Shown here in pieces: positions 20,118 through 29,034 of a DNA stretch of 64,000 bases (its first letter is position 1; each line of letters starts with the position of its first letter). Origin of the DNA: Firmicutes bacterium UBA5493 (GTDB taxonomy: Bacteria > Bacillota > Limnochordia > Darwinibacteriales > Darwinibacteriaceae). Under the pieces are notes generated by a model, which saw only the letters and a program-made list of their open reading frames with translations, was not told where the DNA came from and searched no databases. The stretch lies in contig DIPH01000001.1 in NCBI GenBank assembly GCA_002424045.1, positions 13,484 through 77,483 on the forward strand, read 5' to 3'. Position numbers and translations under genes: made by a program.

Positions 20118-21506
20118 ATGTCAAACCTATTTCGCCATATACCGGCTGTTGATAAAATCTTAATGGATCCCGAAATCACTGAAGCATCCCGCGGGATACC
20201 AAGCCTCGAGGTGACGTCAGTTGTCCGGCAATTTCTTGATGAGCTGCGCGGGGAAATTGCCGTCCAAAAAGTGGCCTGTACGAAAGAAGAGATTATCGCT
20301 CGGTTAGTCCTAGAACTAAAAGCAACAAAAAGACGAAAGTTTCAGCCCGTAGTTAACGCAACGGGTGTACTCTTACATACAAATCTAGGACGAGCTCCCC
20401 TTCCAGAGCTAGCCATAGAGCGTCTGCAATCCCTTGGCCAAGGCTATTTCAACTTGGAGCTGGATTTAAACACCGGAGAGAGGGGAAGCCGCTATGCAAG
20501 TGTCTCCAGGCTCTTCAACCTCTTGCTTGCGGGAGAGCAAGGGCAGGTAGAGAAAAGCACTAACAGCACATGTGACACCGTGGTGGTCAATAATAACGCT
20601 GGTGCTGTCTTAGTTGCCCTAAAAGCCCTAACCGCGGGCCAAGAAGTTATTGTCTCCAGAGGGCAATTGGTGGAAATTGGTGGAGGATTTCGTGTACCCG
20701 AAGTCATGGCCACAAGTGGCTGCCACCTCAAGGAAGTGGGCACAACCAACCGCACTCGCCTCAGTGATTATGCAGGCGCTGTTACAGAGCAAACCAAAGC
20801 CATTCTCCTGGTGCACCCTAGTAATTATTCCATGATTGGCTTTACGGAAAGTGTTCCTAGGGATAAACTCGCCCAGCTCGCGGGCGAGCGCGGACTTCTC
20901 TTGATTGAAGACATCGGTAGCGGCGCCTTCCATCCCTTTGAGGAGCCCCTTGTCTCTAGTGCACTAAGACATAGCCATATTGTAACCTATAGTGGTGACA
21001 AGCTTTTTGGAGGACCCCAGGCCGGCATCATTAGTGGCCGCAAGGATCTCGTGGACATCATCAAGAAAGATCCTCTCCTTAGGGCACTGCGCATTGATAA
21101 GCTGTCTCTAATTGCCCTAGAAGCAGTGTTAGAACTGCATTTGGGAAAAGCGTATAACAAGCTTCCCCTCTGGGCCTTGGCAAGTGTTGATCCAGAAGAA
21201 ATTAGACTGCGGGCAGAGACATGGCAAAGCCATGTGGGACCAGGGCTTAAAGGAGAGGTCGTACAGGCCGAGTCCACCATGGGCGGGGGCTCTTTGCCAG
21301 GGGAAACTATCTCGTCCTGGGCCTTAGCACTGCAAAGTTCAAAGCTTTCCAGTGCGGAGCTGGCAGAGTGGCTACGCCGAAACGATCCTCCCGTCATGGG
21401 CAGAATTGTGCAAGACCGGGTGTTACTCGATCCTAGGACCGTCTTACCTTCCCAGGACCAACTGATCACGTCTCTACTCCAAGGTGGTGTGGCATCATGT
21501 TCATAA
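20118..21506 (+). CDS. selA: L-seryl-tRNA(Sec) selenium transferase
   Basis: VVNATGVLLHTNLGRAP, VNNNAGAV, SRGQLVEIGGGFR, SGDKLFGGPQAG. Confidence 0.96.
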   Translation: MSNLFRHIPAVDKILMDPEITEASRGIPSLEVTSVVRQFLDELRGEIAVQKVACTKEEIIARLVLELKATKRRKFQPVVNATGVLLHTNLGRAPLPELAIERLQSLGQGYFNLELDLNTGERGSRYASVSRLFNLLLAGEQGQVEKSTNSTCDTVVVNNNAGAVLVALKALTAGQEVIVSRGQLVEIGGGFRVPEVMATSGCHLKEVGTTNRTRLSDYAGAVTEQTKAILLVHPSNYSMIGFTESVPRDKLAQLAGERGLLLIEDIGSGAFHPFEEPLVSSALRHSHIVTYSGDKLFGGPQAGIISGRKDLVDIIKKDPLLRALRIDKLSLIALEAVLELHLGKAYNKLPLWALASVDPEEIRLRAETWQSHVGPGLKGEVVQAESTMGGGSLPGETISSWALALQSSKLSSAELAEWLRRNDPPVMGRIVQDRVLLDPRTVLPSQDQLITSLLQGGVASCS

Positions 21507-23383
21507 TGGGTACCGCAGGTCACATCGACCATGGAAAATCAACGCTGATTACGGCCTTAACCGGGATGAATCCCGACCGTCTGCAGGAGGAACAAGCCCG
21601 AGGTATGACAGTGGATTTAGGCTTCGCCTGGTTCTCCGTTCCCCTGGGTAACGTTGGCGTTGTGGACGTTCCAGGACACCAACGCTTAGTAAAAAACATG
21701 CTGGCCGGGGTAGGTCAGGTGGATTTTATCCTTTTGGTTATCGCTGCCGATGACGGTTGGATGCCGCAAACGCAGGAACACGTAGAAATTCTGGACCTCT
21801 ATGGAATGAAGCGGGGTATTGTCGCTCTCACCAAGGCGGATCTGGTAGAACCTGAATGGTTGGAACTCGTGGAAGCAGACATTCGCGAACACCTGGCCGA
21901 GACGTCCCTTGCGGACTTTCCCATCATCCCAGTTTCGGCCATCTCCGGTTATAATGTGGATATTCTCAAAGAAGCCATCAATGAACTCGTGGTTTCATTT
22001 CCCCATGCTCAGGGAGAAGATAATCCCATCCTTTGGATCGATCGAGTCTTTACGATTAAGGGGGCTGGAACTGTAGTGACAGGTACGTTAATGGGTGGTT
22101 CACTCCATGTGGGGATGGACGTCGTGGTAGAACCCCCAGGTCATGAGGCCCGTATTCGCACCTTGCAAACACAGACCAAGACGGTGGAAACAGGAGTAGC
22201 CCATTCGCGCCTGGCGGTAAATCTCACAGGAGTAGAAAAAGCAAGCCTAACCCGGGGAATGTACCTGGCCCTTCCCAAGCGTCGCCCCTATTTTTCCTTA
22301 ATCAACACCCACGTGCGTGTGCTAACCCAAGCGCCGTCGACCCTCGAAACCGGTCAACAGGTCAAACTTTACGTGGGGACCCTGGAGACTCTGGCCAGTG
22401 TAAAAATTCTAGGCGCCGAAGAGCTTGAACCCGGTCAAGAAGGCTTTGTTCAATTGGAGCTTGAGACCCCAGCCCACTTCAGTTTTAAAGACCGCTTTAT
22501 CCTTCGTCACAGTGAACTCCAAGATACACTAGGTGGAGGTTGTTTTATTGAAGAAGGCGTCCCTGTACGGGGCGTAAACTTGCGTATGGTAGGGCCGAAG
22601 CGCCTTCGGCACCTTTTTCCTTTTGAAAAGCCAGAAGCACATCTCGATCTAGATATGCTAAAGGCTAAATACGAAAGTGGCCCCGAGGAGCTCAGTTTGC
22701 TCAAAGCCCGAGATCGCACCTATTGGACAAAGAGTCAGTTTCAAGAGCAGGGGCTGATTGCCCATCCCAAGTTGCATGTGCTCGGAGACTACATTTTGGC
22801 ACCGGAGCAATATGATAAGGTCCAGGAGTATCTGCGTTCTACAGTGGAACACTTCCACCATACGAATCCCTTGGCACCAGGACCAAGCAAAGAGACCCTC
22901 CGGGCGGGCACTGGCCTTCCCTCAAGACTCTTTGACCAGATTCTAAACCAAACTGACGATCTGAAAGAAGTACGGGGTTCCATTAGCAGTGTTAAACATC
23001 AGGTCACCCTTTCAGACCAGGAAGAGCAAAAACTAAGGAAAATTCAGGAAGTAATGGGCAAGACTCCCTATGAGCCCCTCACTCTTGGCGCTCTAGAAGA
23101 ACTCGGTTTTCCAAGCGAACTGCTCTTTGCAGGGAGCCACTTAGGACGCTTGGTAGCCCTGTCGGGTGAGCACTGGACAACCCCAGAAATTGTGGGCGGC
23201 ATTTTGAATGTCATATTTCAAGAAGAAGCCTTTATGGAAGGCTTCGAGCTCAGCACGTTTCGAGATCGCTTAGGAACGAGCCGCAAGTTCGCCTTAGCCT
23301 TCTTGGAATATTTTGATGCTCAGGGAATCACAAAACGAAAAGGGGACGTTCGCACACTTGGCAAACGTCCCGAAAAAGCGTAA
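21497..23383 (+). CDS. selB: Selenocysteine-specific elongation factor
   Basis: GTAGHIDHGKS, GMTVDLGF, DVPGH, TKAD, C-terminal SRKFALAFLEYFD. Confidence 0.96.
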   Translation: MFIMGTAGHIDHGKSTLITALTGMNPDRLQEEQARGMTVDLGFAWFSVPLGNVGVVDVPGHQRLVKNMLAGVGQVDFILLVIAADDGWMPQTQEHVEILDLYGMKRGIVALTKADLVEPEWLELVEADIREHLAETSLADFPIIPVSAISGYNVDILKEAINELVVSFPHAQGEDNPILWIDRVFTIKGAGTVVTGTLMGGSLHVGMDVVVEPPGHEARIRTLQTQTKTVETGVAHSRLAVNLTGVEKASLTRGMYLALPKRRPYFSLINTHVRVLTQAPSTLETGQQVKLYVGTLETLASVKILGAEELEPGQEGFVQLELETPAHFSFKDRFILRHSELQDTLGGGCFIEEGVPVRGVNLRMVGPKRLRHLFPFEKPEAHLDLDMLKAKYESGPEELSLLKARDRTYWTKSQFQEQGLIAHPKLHVLGDYILAPEQYDKVQEYLRSTVEHFHHTNPLAPGPSKETLRAGTGLPSRLFDQILNQTDDLKEVRGSISSVKHQVTLSDQEEQKLRKIQEVMGKTPYEPLTLGALEELGFPSELLFAGSHLGRLVALSGEHWTTPEIVGGILNVIFQEEAFMEGFELSTFRDRLGTSRKFALAFLEYFDAQGITKRKGDVRTLGKRPEKA

Positions 23384-23483
23384 TGGCGGGAGAATATGGG
23401 AATCGAACCCACCGAGGATAACCCTTGTTACCCCCCTGACAGGTTTGAAGCCTGCGGAGCCCACCAGGAACTCAGATCCTCCC
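23384..23483 (-). tRNA. selC: tRNA-Sec (anticodon TCA)
   Basis: 8-bp acceptor GGGAGGAT/ATTCTCCC, G73-CCA, loop CTTCAAA, 9-bp variable arm, TTCGATT T-loop. Confidence 0.97.
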
Positions 23484-23493
23484 TTGCTTGTCT

Positions 23494-23521
23494 ATTGTAC
23501 CATAGTTTATTCGAATTTCAA
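23494..23521 (-). promoter_or_regulatory. selC promoter
   Basis: TTGAAA-16-TACAAT with extended TG. Confidence 0.65.
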
Positions 23522-24277
23522 TCAAAAACGTACAGTAATTTCTTCTGGCATCAGCGCCCGCTCACCGCGGGCGTCTTCTATTAGAAGGCGGCCATCTGGT
23601 AATACGTCCTTCGCCAGTGCTTGAAAGGATCTACCTCCCTGAAAGACAATGATGGTGCGGTCTAGGAAATTGCCATGTGTCCGAAACAAAGTAGACAAAT
23701 TTTCGCGGCTCCAGGCCAAATCGAAACCCCATTCTACCCCAAGGAGGGCCAAATTCAAAATACCTAGGCGGGGCCAAAAGCCTCCTGTCGCTTCCTGCAA
23801 CGATATCCTAGGGCTCAAGTTCCCCTTTGGAGGCGAAGCATTCACATTCAAGCCTATTCCTAAAATAATCCACAGATCGCCGCGATGGTGAATTGCCTCA
23901 GTCAGAATACCGCCAAGTTTTCTCTCCCCGATCCAAAAATCGTTCGGCCATTTCACCTTCAGCTCTGATAGGCCCGTGGTTTCGCTCAAGCTCTGCACTA
24001 AACCCAAACCCACAGCGAGAGTGAGATTTGGGGGTACCTCTTTCTCCGGACATTGCCACATGAGACTAAAAGTGAGGGAGGACTGGTCCGCATCCCACGA
24101 TCGCCCTAAGCGTCCCTTCCCCTCGTTCTGCTCTAAGGCCCACAGTACAGTGCCAGAAGGACCCCCACTTTTGATCAAGTCTTTTGCGAACTGATTAGTT
24201 GAGCCTAACATGGGATATATTTCAATTATCTTGACTATTTTCTTCCCCCACTGGACAGACTTAACAGGCCGGATCAT
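23522..24277 (-). CDS. birA: Biotin--protein ligase lacking the N-terminal HTH (group I)
   Basis: STN, QNEGKGRLGRSW, KWPND, KLGGIL, GIGLNVN. Confidence 0.9.
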   Translation of the reverse strand: MIRPVKSVQWGKKIVKIIEIYPMLGSTNQFAKDLIKSGGPSGTVLWALEQNEGKGRLGRSWDADQSSLTFSLMWQCPEKEVPPNLTLAVGLGLVQSLSETTGLSELKVKWPNDFWIGERKLGGILTEAIHHRGDLWIILGIGLNVNASPPKGNLSPRISLQEATGGFWPRLGILNLALLGVEWGFDLAWSRENLSTLFRTHGNFLDRTIIVFQGGRSFQALAKDVLPDGRLLIEDARGERALMPEEITVRF

Positions 24278-24362
24278 ACGCCCACTCCCTTGCCAAAGCT
24301 CATTAGGTTAAGTTATAATGTACGTATTTAGAAAGTGTCTACAAAAACTAAGGAGGATTATT

Positions 24363-25598
24363 ATGCAAAACAGAAAACGTATTGTCAGTATCTTGCTTCT
24401 TGCCGGTGTTTTGTTGGTATTCAGTGGCGTAATAGCCCACCTGTCATCTACGACTATACTAGTAGCCGAAGAGGCTCCTCGCGAAGAAATAGAACATGTG
24501 GCTACAACCAGTGCGGCTCCTCTTATTGTTGACAATCCCTACGTGATCGCGGACATAGCCGAAGTGGCCAGTCCAGCTACGGTTTTTCTCTCTGTGGAAT
24601 GGCCCGCCGTTGAGCAGGCTCCCAGTTCGAGATCAAGAACGGGAACCGGGGATCCGTTTTTCGACTTCTTTTTCGACTCGTGGTTCAATGATCCCTTCAC
24701 CAACCGCCAACCAGTGCAACAAAGGAGTGCGGGGTCTGGATTTATCATTGATGAAACTGGAATTATCCTCACCAACCAGCATGTGGTGGGTAATAAAGGT
24801 GATGATCAGACCATTACGGTTGTCGTTGATGTCCCAGGTCTAGATCGGGAATACCAAGCCGAGATCGTCGGCTCCGATTTTTCTTTGGACCTAGCAGTTT
24901 TACGAATCATCAATGAAGATAACCACGTCTTTCCAACCGTACCCTTAGGAGATTCGGATGAATCTAGAATCGGCGAATGGGCAATTGCCATTGGCAATCC
25001 TTATGGCGAAGCACTACACCATACGGTAACGGTGGGAGTCCTCAGTGCGAAGGGTCGGGAGATCACCATCATGAGTCAGGAGACAGGAAAACCGAATACC
25101 TACAAAAATCTCATGCAAACGGACGCAGCTATTAATAGCGGAAACTCCGGCGGACCTCTTTTGAACATGAAGGGTGAAGTAATTGGTATTAATACAGCCG
25201 TTCATGCCGGGGCCCAAGGCATTGGCTTTGCCATCCCTATCAACGTAGCTAAGGACGTCTTGGATGAGATGATTGCAACCGGCGGCGTCAGTCAACCTTG
25301 GATCGGCATTTACCAGCAAAACCTAACCGAAAGCATAGCTAGTCAACTGCGGTTGCCCGATGAAAAGGGAGTCTTAATCGTTGATGTTGTTGAAAACTCT
25401 CCTGCATCAGAAGCAGGTTTACAAGCTTGGGACGTCCTTAGGCGCATTGGAGATAGAGATGTGTTTTCCACAAGTGATGTGGGTGAAGAAATGGCCAAGT
25501 ATACCACAGGCGATGAAATCATGGTTACCATCATGCGCCAAGGTGAAATGCTCCTCATTCCCATCACACTCGGCGACAAGCCCGCCCATCTCAGATAG
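24363..25598 (+). CDS. htrA: HtrA/DegP-family serine protease, one PDZ domain
   Basis: GSGFII, TNQHVV, DLAVL, QTDAAINSGNSGGPL; N-terminal membrane anchor. Confidence 0.95.
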   Translation: MQNRKRIVSILLLAGVLLVFSGVIAHLSSTTILVAEEAPREEIEHVATTSAAPLIVDNPYVIADIAEVASPATVFLSVEWPAVEQAPSSRSRTGTGDPFFDFFFDSWFNDPFTNRQPVQQRSAGSGFIIDETGIILTNQHVVGNKGDDQTITVVVDVPGLDREYQAEIVGSDFSLDLAVLRIINEDNHVFPTVPLGDSDESRIGEWAIAIGNPYGEALHHTVTVGVLSAKGREITIMSQETGKPNTYKNLMQTDAAINSGNSGGPLLNMKGEVIGINTAVHAGAQGIGFAIPINVAKDVLDEMIATGGVSQPWIGIYQQNLTESIASQLRLPDEKGVLIVDVVENSPASEAGLQAWDVLRRIGDRDVFSTSDVGEEMAKYTTGDEIMVTIMRQGEMLLIPITLGDKPAHLR

Positions 25599-25608
25599 TC
25601 TGGAATAC

Positions 25609-25642
25609 AAAACAACCCTTCAACATGAAGGGTTGTTTTTTT
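25609..25642. terminator. Bidirectional terminator between htrA and ftsH
   Basis: AAAACAACCCTTCA-aca-TGAAGGGTTGTTTTTTT. Confidence 0.85.
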
Positions 25643-25652
25643 GTGAACGTCT

Positions 25653-27590
25653 TTAGATGGAGGTTTCGGGCCCTGTAGCTCGTAGGTGTTCGCCACGCCC
25701 TCTAGAGGGCTCAGCTGGGACAGCGAGCTCTTCCTTCACCTCAGCCATGGCCTGCTCTTCTACGCCGGGCTCGTCTGGATCAACAAGTTCCTGACCTTCC
25801 ATTAAGGCTAAGAATTCTTCTCTACTGAGGGTCTCTCGCTCCAGGAGTGCGTCTGCCACGGCGTCAAGCTTAGCACGATGTTCGGTAAGCAAGTTAGTGG
25901 CTGTCTCATAACTGGATTCCACGAGCTTGTGGACCTCTTCATCGATAATCTCCGCCACTCCCTCGCTATAGTTGCGCTCTCTAGAGATATCACGGCCTAA
26001 GAAAACTAGATCCTCCCCATTGGGTCGTCCAAAGGTCAAAGGTCCAAGCCTCGGACTCATACCCCATTCCATGACCATTTTCCGGGCAATACGGGTCACC
26101 CGTTCGAGGTCATTTGAGGCCCCAGTGCTAATTTCATCCAGGGCGAGCTCTTCGGCGGCACGACCACCTAAGAGATTGACTAATTCATCTTTAAGCTTGG
26201 AGCGACTGGCCACAAAGCGCTCCTCTTCGGGGAGCATCATGGTGTAACCGCCGGCGCCTCCCCTGCCCACAATAGTAACTTTATGGACTGGATCTCCATG
26301 TTTGGAGAAGTGGGCTACCACGGCATGGCCTGCTTCGTGATAGGCAAACACCTTCCGATCAATCTCATGGAGCTTGCGGCTTTTCTTCTCGGGTCCCATG
26401 AGAACTCTATCGATGGCTTCTTCGACGTCGAACATGGTGATCACCTTCCGGTTGGACCGAGCCGCTAAAATCGCCGACTCATTCAACACATTTTCTAGAT
26501 CTGCCCCAGACATGCCAGGTGTTCTTCTAGCAACAACCTTTAAATCCACATCAGCCTGCAAGGGTTTGTTCCGACTATGAATTTTCAGAATCTCGGAGCG
26601 ACCTTGCAGATCAGGACGATCTACAACTACTTTGCGGTCAAAGCGTCCCGGTCTCAAAAGGGCCGGGTCTAAAACGTCAGCCCTGTTTGTTGCTGCCATA
26701 ATGATGATTCCTGAGTTTGTTTCGAAACCATCCATTTCAACTAGCAACTGGTTCAAGGTTTGCTCACGCTCATCGTGCCCGCCGCCTAAACCTGCACCGC
26801 GCTGACGGCCAACGGCATCCAACTCGTCAATGAAGATGAGACAAGGCGCATTCTTCTTGGCATTCTCAAAGAGATCCCGTACCCTCGAGGCACCGACCCC
26901 TACGAACATTTCCACAAATTCCGAACCACTAATGCTAAAAAATGGTACCCCTGCTTCACCTGCAACGGCCCGGGCCAGCAAGGTTTTTCCTGTACCAGGA
27001 GGTCCCACCAAAAGGACGCCCTTGGGAATTTTCGCTCCCACATCATTGAACTTCTTGGGCTGCTTTAAAAAATCTACAATTTCCACAAGTTCCTGTTTGG
27101 CCTCATCAACTCCGGCCACGTGATCAAAGGTGACCTTTCGCTTGTCTTCATGATGCAGACGGGCTTTGCTCTTGCCAAAGGACATAGCGCGATTATTGCC
27201 ACCCTGCATTTGGTTCATGATAAATAACCAGAAAATAGCCAACACAACGATGAACAGGAGATTGGGGAGTAGAGCCATCCACCATGGTGCTTGTGGCGGC
27301 AATTCTGCTTCTAACTGGACATTTCTTACTTCTAGGCGATCGGCAATGTCCGACATCTTACCCATGGGCACCAAAGCTGTGAAATTGGTCCCATCCCTGA
27401 GCCGACCTTCAATATGTTGATCTCCCACAAGCTTTACAGATGCCACCTTATCATCATCGATAAATCGTAGCAACTCCGAGTAATAGAGTTCCTTTGCAGG
27501 AGACACAGGCGAATAAAGATTACTAACAATAGACACTGCAATGATGGCAATCAGCAAATACAAACTGATTCCACGAAGAAGTTTATTCAA
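25653..27590 (-). CDS. ftsH: ATP-dependent zinc metalloprotease FtsH
   Basis: Two TM segments, [24 protein letters not shown]. Confidence 0.98.
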   Translation of the reverse strand: MNKLLRGISLYLLIAIIAVSIVSNLYSPVSPAKELYYSELLRFIDDDKVASVKLVGDQHIEGRLRDGTNFTALVPMGKMSDIADRLEVRNVQLEAELPPQAPWWMALLPNLLFIVVLAIFWLFIMNQMQGGNNRAMSFGKSKARLHHEDKRKVTFDHVAGVDEAKQELVEIVDFLKQPKKFNDVGAKIPKGVLLVGPPGTGKTLLARAVAGEAGVPFFSISGSEFVEMFVGVGASRVRDLFENAKKNAPCLIFIDELDAVGRQRGAGLGGGHDEREQTLNQLLVEMDGFETNSGIIIMAATNRADVLDPALLRPGRFDRKVVVDRPDLQGRSEILKIHSRNKPLQADVDLKVVARRTPGMSGADLENVLNESAILAARSNRKVITMFDVEEAIDRVLMGPEKKSRKLHEIDRKVFAYHEAGHAVVAHFSKHGDPVHKVTIVGRGGAGGYTMMLPEEERFVASRSKLKDELVNLLGGRAAEELALDEISTGASNDLERVTRIARKMVMEWGMSPRLGPLTFGRPNGEDLVFLGRDISRERNYSEGVAEIIDEEVHKLVESSYETATNLLTEHRAKLDAVADALLERETLSREEFLALMEGQELVDPDEPGVEEQAMAEVKEELAVPAEPSRGRGEHLRATGPETSI

Positions 27591-27645
27591 ATTTTGCCCT
27601 CCCTTTCCAGAGCCAAGAGCACGGGAAATAGCGATACGTCAATCA

Positions 27646-27674
27646 ATTATAACACAAGGGTATGGGCGTGACAA
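27646..27674 (-). promoter_or_regulatory. Sigma-A promoter of ftsH
   Basis: TTGTCA-17-TATAAT with extended TG. Confidence 0.75.
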
Positions 27675-27687
27675 TATTCTGGCACCA

Positions 27688-29034
27688 TTATTCCCAACTC
27701 AAACGGAGTACCCTAACTGTTGATTTAGAGATTGCTCCTTTCGAACTCCTGCGCACCGTGGGGATCCATAGAATATCTTCTTGGTCACAGATAAGTGGCA
27801 AAAAATCCCTTTGGTCAGCGGGAATATGCATGTCAATGAGAAGATCCTTCACCTTTTTTGATCCCACACCTCCAAAGGGTTTTATGCGATCTCCTTCTTG
27901 GCGAGATCTCACCTTGAGGGGTAATTCAAGCATATCAAGGTCAAAATCCTCGCTATTCTCAGAAGGAGCTAGTTCATCCCTTGGAGCAATCTCGGCCTTG
28001 ATGGTAAAATGACCGGCCCTGACTTGCCCAGGTAAGGTGAGTGTCATGGGAGACCACTCTTTCGCCACAAAATCCCCTACAAAGATGTACTCAACATTAG
28101 CTGAAACCCATACTTGGGGAAGGGACAACCTAAAACTAGAACCCTCCGAGAGCCGCTGACGCCAGGTTTCAATATGGTTGAAGCCAATTTGCAGCAAGTT
28201 GCCCCTGTAGATCTGGAGTAATGCTCTGAGCACACGGCGCTGCATGGCTATGGATAGTTCGGCAAAAACCTTGCGGGGAAATAACACTTGGCCCCGTCGC
28301 CATTTGAGATGCTTCCCGGCAGTCTCCTCGGCCCTTTTTTGCAATTCCAGTTCATCTTCTCTGGCCAGGTCAGAGAGTTGAACCAACTGAGCCACGATCT
28401 CCGGATTATACTCTTCGGCCAGCAAGGGAAGGAGTTCCTGACGAATCTTGTTACGCAGATAAACAGGCTCAAAATTGCTTTCGTCAACAACATAGGGAAT
28501 CTCAAAATCGTTACAGTATTGAAGAATTTCCTTCTTATAGACGTTCAAAAGAGGACGAATAAAAGGCCCTCTCTGGGGTGGAATTCCACCGAGGCCATGC
28601 AAACCGGCTCCTCTGAGCATACGCATTAGGACCGTCTCAGCTTGATCGTCTCCATGATGACCCAGGGCAATACGGTGATATCCATTCACCTCTGCGAAGT
28701 TTCGTAAGAGTTGGTAGCGAATCTTCCTAGCCCCCTGTTGTTTTGATTCGCCGCTAGATGACAAGAAGCCCGTGATATCATAGGCTTCAATTTGTGCGGG
28801 AACACCTAGCTTCTCTGCGTAGTCCTGTACAAACCTAGCATCTTTAGAGGCAGCATCGCGAAAACCGTGATTTAAGTGAAAAACCCCGATATTTCGAGGA
28901 TTAAAGCGCCAGAGGAGATGTAGGAGAGCCACAGAGTCCGGCCCGCCGCTCACCGCGACCAAAACTCTATCCGTCGCCGTTACGGACAGAAGCTGAAGGT
29001 TTTTCATGAACACAGGAAATAGATCACTAGCCAC
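27688..29034 (-). CDS. tilS: tRNA(Ile)-lysidine synthetase
   Basis: AVSGGPDS, HLNHGFR, GHHGDDQAET, IRPLL, RNKIR; GTG start after AGGAGGG. Confidence 0.95.
   Translation of the reverse strand: MASDLFPVFMKNLQLLSVTATDRVLVAVSGGPDSVALLHLLWRFNPRNIGVFHLNHGFRDAASKDARFVQDYAEKLGVPAQIEAYDITGFLSSSGESKQQGARKIRYQLLRNFAEVNGYHRIALGHHGDDQAETVLMRMLRGAGLHGLGGIPPQRGPFIRPLLNVYKKEILQYCNDFEIPYVVDESNFEPVYLRNKIRQELLPLLAEEYNPEIVAQLVQLSDLAREDELELQKRAEETAGKHLKWRRGQVLFPRKVFAELSIAMQRRVLRALLQIYRGNLLQIGFNHIETWRQRLSEGSSFRLSLPQVWVSANVEYIFVGDFVAKEWSPMTLTLPGQVRAGHFTIKAEIAPRDELAPSENSEDFDLDMLELPLKVRSRQEGDRIKPFGGVGSKKVKDLLIDMHIPADQRDFLPLICDQEDILWIPTVRRSSKGAISKSTVRVLRLSWE

Noticed and set aside
20118-23483. Selenoprotein genes (in-frame UGA) near the sel locus or elsewhere in the window
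   Set aside because: The TGA-terminated genes I inspected end at family-typical positions, and I saw no split ORF with a Cys-aligned UGA. A systematic SECIS scan was not possible.
23396-23584. Plus-strand ORFs over the selC region
   Set aside because: They are antisense to tRNA-Sec and birA and have no coding features.
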